From: Spirochaetia bacterium
GTDB taxonomy: Bacteria > Spirochaetota > Spirochaetia > CAKZLE01
DNA length: 64,000 nt
Reading direction: 5' to 3'
NCBI GenBank assembly: GCA_021736385.1
Contig: JAIPFY010000004.1
Coordinates: forward strand, 6,112-70,111
Shown here: one piece after another, positions 59,161 to 64,000 of the stretch
How positions within the stretch are numbered: the stretch's first letter is position 1
How the letters are laid out: the number at the start of each line of letters is the position of its first letter
Notes under the pieces: generated by a model
Database searches by the model: none
Told to the model about the DNA's origin: nothing
The model's input: the letters and a program-made list of their open reading frames with translations, nothing else
Position numbers and translations under genes: made by a program

Positions 59161-59441
59161 GCTTATCTCTCTCTTTGTCTATCTCTTGTAGTGTGGTCAA
59201 GAAAAGATACGGAACTCCGGAGGTATAATCAACACTTTTTCAAAAAAGAATCGGAACTGCTGACCGGACGCTGCAGGCGCTTTGAGGGGCCGTATGGATG
59301 CTGCTATGATCTTGGACCGAGGCTGTGCAGATCGTGCTGATGTGCTATTTTCGTATTGAGTGGGGCCTGTCATCTTTATTCAATCATGCTAAGTTGGTAT
59401 AGTCAGATGGTAGATGATCGAACAGAAGGGGAACGAGGCCT

Positions 59442-59900
59442 ATGGGAATCGAACAGGTGCGCGATGAGTTCAAACAGAAGGGGTACGATCTTACGGTACT
59501 GGAGTTCGATCGGAGCTCAGCGACCGTGGATCTTGCTGCAGGTGTCCTGGGTGTGGAGCCTGACAGGATCGCGAAGACCATGGCCTTCAAGGTCCATGAC
59601 GACCCGCTGCTCATCGTACTGGCTGGGACCGCCCGTATCGATAACAGGAAGTTCAGGCAGTACTTCGGCGTGAAGGCACGCATGCTCTCACCCGAGGAGG
59701 TCCGTACCGCTACCGGCCATGAGGTCGGCGGAGTGTGTCCCTTTGGGCTGCCTGTCGGTATCCCGGTCTATCTTGATGTCTCACTTCGGCAGTTCGATAC
59801 GGTCTATCCTGCTGCAGGCACCCCCAGTTCGGCAGTCCTGGTCCCCGTATCGCAGTTTCAGCATTACGTTCAAGGAGAGTGGATCGATGTCAGCACATGA
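59442..59900 (+). CDS. YbaK/EbsC-type aminoacyl-tRNA editing (Cys-tRNA(Pro) deacylase-like) domain protein
   Basis: YbaK fold hallmarks (KTMAFKVHDDPLLIVLAG ... GHEVGGVCPFG). 152 aa. Confidence 0.75.
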   Translation: MGIEQVRDEFKQKGYDLTVLEFDRSSATVDLAAGVLGVEPDRIAKTMAFKVHDDPLLIVLAGTARIDNRKFRQYFGVKARMLSPEEVRTATGHEVGGVCPFGLPVGIPVYLDVSLRQFDTVYPAAGTPSSAVLVPVSQFQHYVQGEWIDVST

Positions 59901-60324
59901 TGGAATGAACAGTATTCAGGAACAGATCGCCCGATGGGTGCATGATCACTACTGGGTCGAGGACCATAACTGTACCACGGCAGTGATCAGCTGTCTTGCG
60001 AAGCTGTTCGGGACCGAAATCGATGATCAGGTGTATGCGGCATCTCTTGGCATGCACGGAGCCGGGGGCTATCGTGCACAGTGCGGCCTGGTCGAAGGCG
60101 GGCTGCTGTTCATCGGCATCCATGGGTCAGCAAAGCAACTCGGCCGTGAGCGGATCGTGCAGCTCTGCTATGATTATGCGAAAGCCTTTGAGGCGAACTA
60201 CTCCTCGATCTCCTGCAGAGACCTGCGTCCTGAGGGGTTCAGGGAGAACGATCCTCCCCACCCCTGTGAACAGATCACCGTAGAAGCTGTCTGGTTCACC
60301 TATCAGTGGCTGCTCAACCTCTGA
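59886..60324 (+). CDS. C_GCAxxG_C_C family putative redox-active protein
   Basis: HNCTTAVISC ... GMHGAGGYRAQCGLVEGG pattern matches the family signature (NCAQAV ... GFGGGMG..CGAVTG). Start at MSAHDG, overlapping the ybaK stop. Confidence 0.55.
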
Positions 60325-60457
60325 TTCAGGAAGTCTTCTACTCTGGATGGTCTGCGGGACCTCTGGCTCTCGTACCCATCATGATGGTTTTTCGGTTTTC
60401 CTTTTTCTCTGATCTTCTGTATTATGGAGACACAGGTCTTCATACAGGAGCAGAATA

Positions 60458-61297
60458 ATGAACAGACGTACAGCAGATCAGCAGGTCATTCTCATCACAG
60501 GGGCATCCTCGGGAATAGGGGAGGCAGCAGCCTCACGGCTTCTTGCGCAGGGGTACATCGTATATGGTGCTGCACGACGCACAGAGCGTATGGCAGCGCT
60601 GGCAGAGAGGGGGCTCATCGCGCTGCCCCTTGACATCACCGATGATCGGATGTGCACAGAGGTCGTAGACACGATCATGCAGGAGCAGGGCCGCATCGAT
60701 GTCCTGATCAACAATGCAGGGTACGGCTCCTATGGCTCAGTCGAAGATGTCCCGATGGATGAGGCGAAACGACAGTTCGAGGTGAATCTCTTCGGACTTG
60801 CCCGTATCACTCAGCTGGTGCTCCCGGTGATGAGAGCACAGAAGAGCGGCAGGATCATCAATATATCATCGATCGGCGGTAAGATGGCTCTGCCGTTCGG
60901 GGCGTGGTACCATGCGACCAAGCATGCCCTTGAGGGGTTCTCTGATTCCCTCAGGTTGGAAGCTGCTCCCTTTGGGATCTCGGTCGTACTCATCGAGCCC
61001 GGCGGCATCAGGAGTGAATGGGATTCGATCGCCGTAGCGTCTCTACTCAAACACTCTGACAATGATGCGTATGGGAATGAAGCACAGGGGTTCGCCTCCT
61101 ACTTCTCAAGGATGTACAAAAACCCCAGGACCTCAGGCCCCGATGCGGTCGCCCGGAGTATCTGCCGCGCCGTCACGGCTGCACGGCCGAAGACCCGCTA
61201 TGTGAGCGGCCATCTGGCTCCGACGATCCTCCTGCTCCGACGGATCCTCACTGACAGGGCCTTTGACCGCCTGATGTACAGTCAGCTCCATCAGTAG
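60458..61297 (+). CDS. SDR family oxidoreductase
   Basis: ILITGASSGIGEA. NNAG. YHATKHA (YxxxK). 279 aa. Confidence 0.85.
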   Translation: MNRRTADQQVILITGASSGIGEAAASRLLAQGYIVYGAARRTERMAALAERGLIALPLDITDDRMCTEVVDTIMQEQGRIDVLINNAGYGSYGSVEDVPMDEAKRQFEVNLFGLARITQLVLPVMRAQKSGRIINISSIGGKMALPFGAWYHATKHALEGFSDSLRLEAAPFGISVVLIEPGGIRSEWDSIAVASLLKHSDNDAYGNEAQGFASYFSRMYKNPRTSGPDAVARSICRAVTAARPKTRYVSGHLAPTILLLRRILTDRAFDRLMYSQLHQ

Positions 61298-61312
61298 GGA
61301 CCCCTGCGATCG

Positions 61313-61540
61313 TTACAGCAGGGCGACGATGGACTCTGCACTGAGCAGCTGTCCGGTGCTTACCACCTTCTCATCGATGACCAATGCCGGAGTTGAGAGG
61401 ATCCTGTATCTCAGGATCTCACTCATGTCGGTGACTTTCTCGACAGTGGCGCTGCTCTGTGCCTGTTTCACCGCATCGAGTGCATTGGCATAGAGTCTTT
61501 GGCATTTCGGGCATCCGCTGCCCAGGATCTTGATAGTCAT
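61313..61540 (-). CDS. Thioredoxin-fold redox-active disulfide protein 2 family
   Basis: 75 aa. GCPKCQ active-site CxxC. Typically paired with ArsP-type permeases. Confidence 0.75.
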   Translation of the reverse strand: MTIKILGSGCPKCQRLYANALDAVKQAQSSATVEKVTDMSEILRYRILSTPALVIDEKVVSTGQLLSAESIVALL

Positions 61541-61558
61541 GAAGGACTCCTTTTCGTA

Positions 61559-62542
61559 TCAGAATGCAAGATTGAATATCCACCCTGCAAGGGTGAAGAA
61601 GAACAAGAGCATGAAGAAGAAGATCACCAGCAGGCGGGGCTTCATCACCTGTTTCAGCAGTATGAACTCCGGGAAGCTTGCCGCCACGGTGCTCATCATG
61701 AAGGCCAGGGTCGTCCCGATGGGAAGGCCCTTGAGCAGCAGGCTCTCAGCTATGGGGATCATTCCCGTAGCATTCGAGTAGAGCGGGATACCTACGACCA
61801 CGGCAAGAGGGACCGACCACCACTGGCCGCTGCCGAGATTGTCTGAGATCAACTGTTCAGGTACGAACCCGTGCAGCCCGGCACCAAGACCGACCCCGAT
61901 CAGGACCCATTTCCAGACCCGCAGGAAGATGGTCTTGACCTCATCCTTCGCAAAGTCAGACCGTTCTCTCAAGGAGAGTCTGGTCTTCACGGTCCCGTCA
62001 GGATAGGCTGCTTCGGTACTTCCAAGGGCTTTTGCCTGGTTCCCCAGATCGGTAAGATACCGTTCGGCGCCTATGCTGTCGAGGAAGAAGCCTCCGAGTA
62101 TCCCGGCGAGCATACCGGTGATGACATACAATACCGTGAAGCGCAGACCGAGCAGCCCGCCAAGCAGGGCTATGGCTACTTCATTGATCATAGGTGAGGT
62201 GATCAAAAAGGACATGGTGATCCCCAGAGGGATCCTGGCCGAGGTGAAACCGAGGAACAGCGGGATGCTCGAACAGGAACAGAACGGGGTGATCGCACCG
62301 AAGGCGGCAGCGATCAGGTAGGAGACTCCCCGTGATCGGTTCTGGAGGAACTTCCTCACGTTCCCGGTATCAAGACCTGCCCGCAGCACTGCGATGATGT
62401 AGATCATCACGATGATCAGGGCATAGATCTTGGTGACATCTTCGATGAAGAAGTGCACACTGTCACCGAGCTTCGAAGCCGGATCGAGTCCGAACAGCTC
62501 ATAGGTCAGGACATCTGCCAGTCTGGTGAAGATCTCTAACAT
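61559..62542 (-). CDS. arsP: ArsP-type permease (DUF318/predicted permease family)
   Basis: 327 aa polytopic protein. TPFCSCSSIP motif (conserved Cys pair of ArsP). Between ArsC and the thioredoxin-like gene. Confidence 0.65.
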   Translation of the reverse strand: MLEIFTRLADVLTYELFGLDPASKLGDSVHFFIEDVTKIYALIIVMIYIIAVLRAGLDTGNVRKFLQNRSRGVSYLIAAAFGAITPFCSCSSIPLFLGFTSARIPLGITMSFLITSPMINEVAIALLGGLLGLRFTVLYVITGMLAGILGGFFLDSIGAERYLTDLGNQAKALGSTEAAYPDGTVKTRLSLRERSDFAKDEVKTIFLRVWKWVLIGVGLGAGLHGFVPEQLISDNLGSGQWWSVPLAVVVGIPLYSNATGMIPIAESLLLKGLPIGTTLAFMMSTVAASFPEFILLKQVMKPRLLVIFFFMLLFFFTLAGWIFNLAF

Positions 62543-62985
62543 CGTTCTATCTCATGAGTTTCCGGCAGGATCGATGCAGGAAGACTCTCGACGAACGCCC
62601 TGATCTCATCACGGACTCTTCGATAGCACTCCAGCTTCTCTTCTTCGGTCTCCTTCAGCTGCGCCAGCTTCGGGGGGTCATCAAAGCCCCGGTGGACGAC
62701 ATGGCTTGTCCCGGGGAAGATGGGGCAGTTCTCATGGGCATGCCCGCATACGGTGATCACATGATCGAAGGTGATATCGCTCAGTTCACTGACATGCTTC
62801 GAGGTATGGCCTGAGATGTCTATACCGACTTCTTTCATGACCGTAACAGCAGAGGGGTTCAGCCCATGGGTCTCTATCCCGGCTGAGAAGGCTTCGAACT
62901 CATCAGACTTCAATGCACGTGCCCAGCCTTCAGCCATCTGGGATCGGCAGGAGTTCCCTGTACATAAGAAGAGCAGCTTCATCAT
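62536..62985 (-). CDS. arsC: Arsenate reductase, LMW protein-tyrosine-phosphatase type (thioredoxin-coupled)
   Basis: CTGNSCRS P-loop at the N-terminus. Downstream Cys residues. 149 aa. Confidence 0.85.
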   Translation of the reverse strand: MMKLLFLCTGNSCRSQMAEGWARALKSDEFEAFSAGIETHGLNPSAVTVMKEVGIDISGHTSKHVSELSDITFDHVITVCGHAHENCPIFPGTSHVVHRGFDDPPKLAQLKETEEEKLECYRRVRDEIRAFVESLPASILPETHEIERC

Positions 62986-63111
62986 ATGCCTCCATTCATT
63001 TCTATATATAGCGAAATATAATGTTATTCTCTTGATATGTCAACATGTTATGAGTATAGTATGAACAGAAGTTGCTAGAAGGCATTCCGATACAGAAGGG
63101 GAGAGGACGTG

Positions 63112-63456
63112 ATGAAAGAGACCATTGAGATGTTCAAAGCGCTCGGAGATGAGCACCGATTCAGGATATTCATGCTGCTGCAGCATAAGCGCATGTGTGT
63201 CTGTGAGCTGCTGACGGTCTTTGACATTGCCGGGTCGACCCTCTCAGCCCATCTGAAGATCCTGCGGACTGCCGGGCTCATCGAGCAGCGAAAGGACGGC
63301 AGGTGGATCGAATACCATGTCTCCCCGGAGAACAGCACAGCGGCGAGACTCTATGAACTCATCAGTGATGAGCTGCTGGTTGACCGGTCGGTCATCGATG
63401 CTGATCGTACGAGGGTGCAGGGGCTGACACGGGAGGTCTGTTCGAAGGGGATCTGA
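63112..63456 (+). CDS. arsR: ArsR/SmtB family metalloregulator
   Basis: wHTH. Metal-site ELCVCDL-like motif (CVCEL). Divergent from arsC. ATG at 63112 after GGGGAGAGGA. Confidence 0.85.
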   Translation: MKETIEMFKALGDEHRFRIFMLLQHKRMCVCELLTVFDIAGSTLSAHLKILRTAGLIEQRKDGRWIEYHVSPENSTAARLYELISDELLVDRSVIDADRTRVQGLTREVCSKGI

Positions 63457-63609
63457 GATCTGCAGGACGACAGAGAGCGAGAGATACCAGAGAAGAGCGA
63501 GCCGCTGTGATCGTACAGCAGCTCGCTCTTCTTGTGTGGGGATCAGGGGCCGGGGGCTCTGCTGCGATACGATCGGATCTGGATGGACGGTCTCCAGATC
63601 CCTGCCGAC

Positions 63610-64000
63610 TCATCTGCCGCCGAGCAGCTCAGTGATCGAACCATCTGCCGCTTCGGCAGAGAAGGCGAACGTCTCACTCAATGTCGGGTGCGGGTGGATC
63701 GTCCTGGCGATATCCTCTGCGACGGCTCCCATCTCCAGTGCGAGTGCGGCTTCCCCGATCAGTTCTCCTGCATGGATCCCTGTGATGGCAGCCCCGATCA
63801 GTCTTCCGGTCTTCTCATCAAAGAGCGCCTTGCTCGTACCCTCATCGGCCATGGCGGTGATAGCCCTGCCGCTCGCCTTCCAGGGGAATCGTCCCTTGAC
63901 GTAGGAGATGTTCTGCTCTTTCGCCTCCCGTTCGGTGATCCCGGTCCAGGCGATCTCCGGCTGGGTATAAGCGACAGAGGGGATACTCATGGGGGAGAAA
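63610..64000 (-). CDS. Dihydrolipoyl dehydrogenase-type flavoprotein disulfide reductase, C-terminal part only (gene continues beyond window end)
   Basis: C-terminal dimerisation-domain sequence with HPHPTLSE motif. N-terminus lies outside the window. Confidence 0.7.
   Translation of the reverse strand, partial: FSPMSIPSVAYTQPEIAWTGITEREAKEQNISYVKGRFPWKASGRAITAMADEGTSKALFDEKTGRLIGAAITGIHAGELIGEAALALEMGAVAEDIARTIHPHPTLSETFAFSAEAADGSITELLGGR

Noticed and set aside
59161-59441. 280-bp gene-free interval with a TATAAT box and a direct repeat (A)TCGGAACT(G/C)C
   Set aside because: Checked for tRNA or other structured RNA hallmarks and found none. Probably just the promoter region of the ybaK operon.

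Overview
This 64 kb window (about 55% GC) is a dense, carbohydrate-oriented bacterial chromosomal region. I saw no rRNA, tRNA or CRISPR. The taxon cannot be fixed from sequence alone. Lipobox-type signal peptides and the large number of sugar ABC systems fit a saccharolytic diderm such as a Sphaerochaeta-like spirochaete, but that is a guess.

In order along the window:

- **1-6.4 kb.** A ribose-type ABC transporter operon (ATPase, permease, binding protein), followed by a Gfo/Idh/MocA oxidoreductase and an unusual 516-aa GatZ/UxaE-like sugar epimerase.
- **6.5-14.1 kb.** On the minus strand, a CUT1 sugar ABC operon ending in a Trp-rich glycoside hydrolase. It is divergent from a translationally coupled LacI-GH43 pair. 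The intergenic region holds perfect palindromic operators.
- **14.3-20.4 kb.** A DeoR regulator, preceded by five exact 11-bp-phased direct repeats, controls an E2-E3-fused E1(alpha-beta) 2-oxoacid/acetoin-type dehydrogenase complex.
- **20.5-29.2 kb.** A PHP phosphoesterase, an N-terminally extended SDR and a Zn-ADH, followed by an L-rhamnose catabolic cluster. The cluster is rhaB, AraC-type rhaS/R, rhaA and a stand-alone RhaE-type aldolase.
- **29.3-37.0 kb.** A membrane-anchored beta-lactamase-fold hydrolase, a CMD-family protein, an SDR, an IS630-like remnant, RNase II plus an HD hydrolase, and a CPA1 antiporter.
- **37.1-43.1 kb.** The stand-out module. Three secreted lamin-tail-domain (LTD) proteins sit in a row, the middle one an 878-aa LTD-CotH atypical kinase with a CBM-like tail. 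Divergent from them is a VTC-domain (polyphosphate-polymerase-like) plus DUF4956 membrane protein pair.
- **43.1-46.9 kb.** An feoA-feoA-feoB operon and a DtxR-family regulator.
- **46.9-49.8 kb.** A decayed ISL3 transposase. An approximately 115-bp direct repeat derived from its 5' end brackets a lower-GC DUF4143 AAA ATPase gene. A sigma-70 region-4-like remnant follows.
- **49.8-55.0 kb.** A four-gene alternative polyamine operon: speA, CANSDH, nspC, speB.
- **55.2-64.0 kb.** gdhA, an O-antigen-ligase-like protein and a dNK. Then a YbaK/C_GCAxxG_C_C pair and an SDR. Then an ars cluster (ArsR, LMW-PTP ArsC, ArsP permease, thioredoxin-like), and a partial lpd at the window end.
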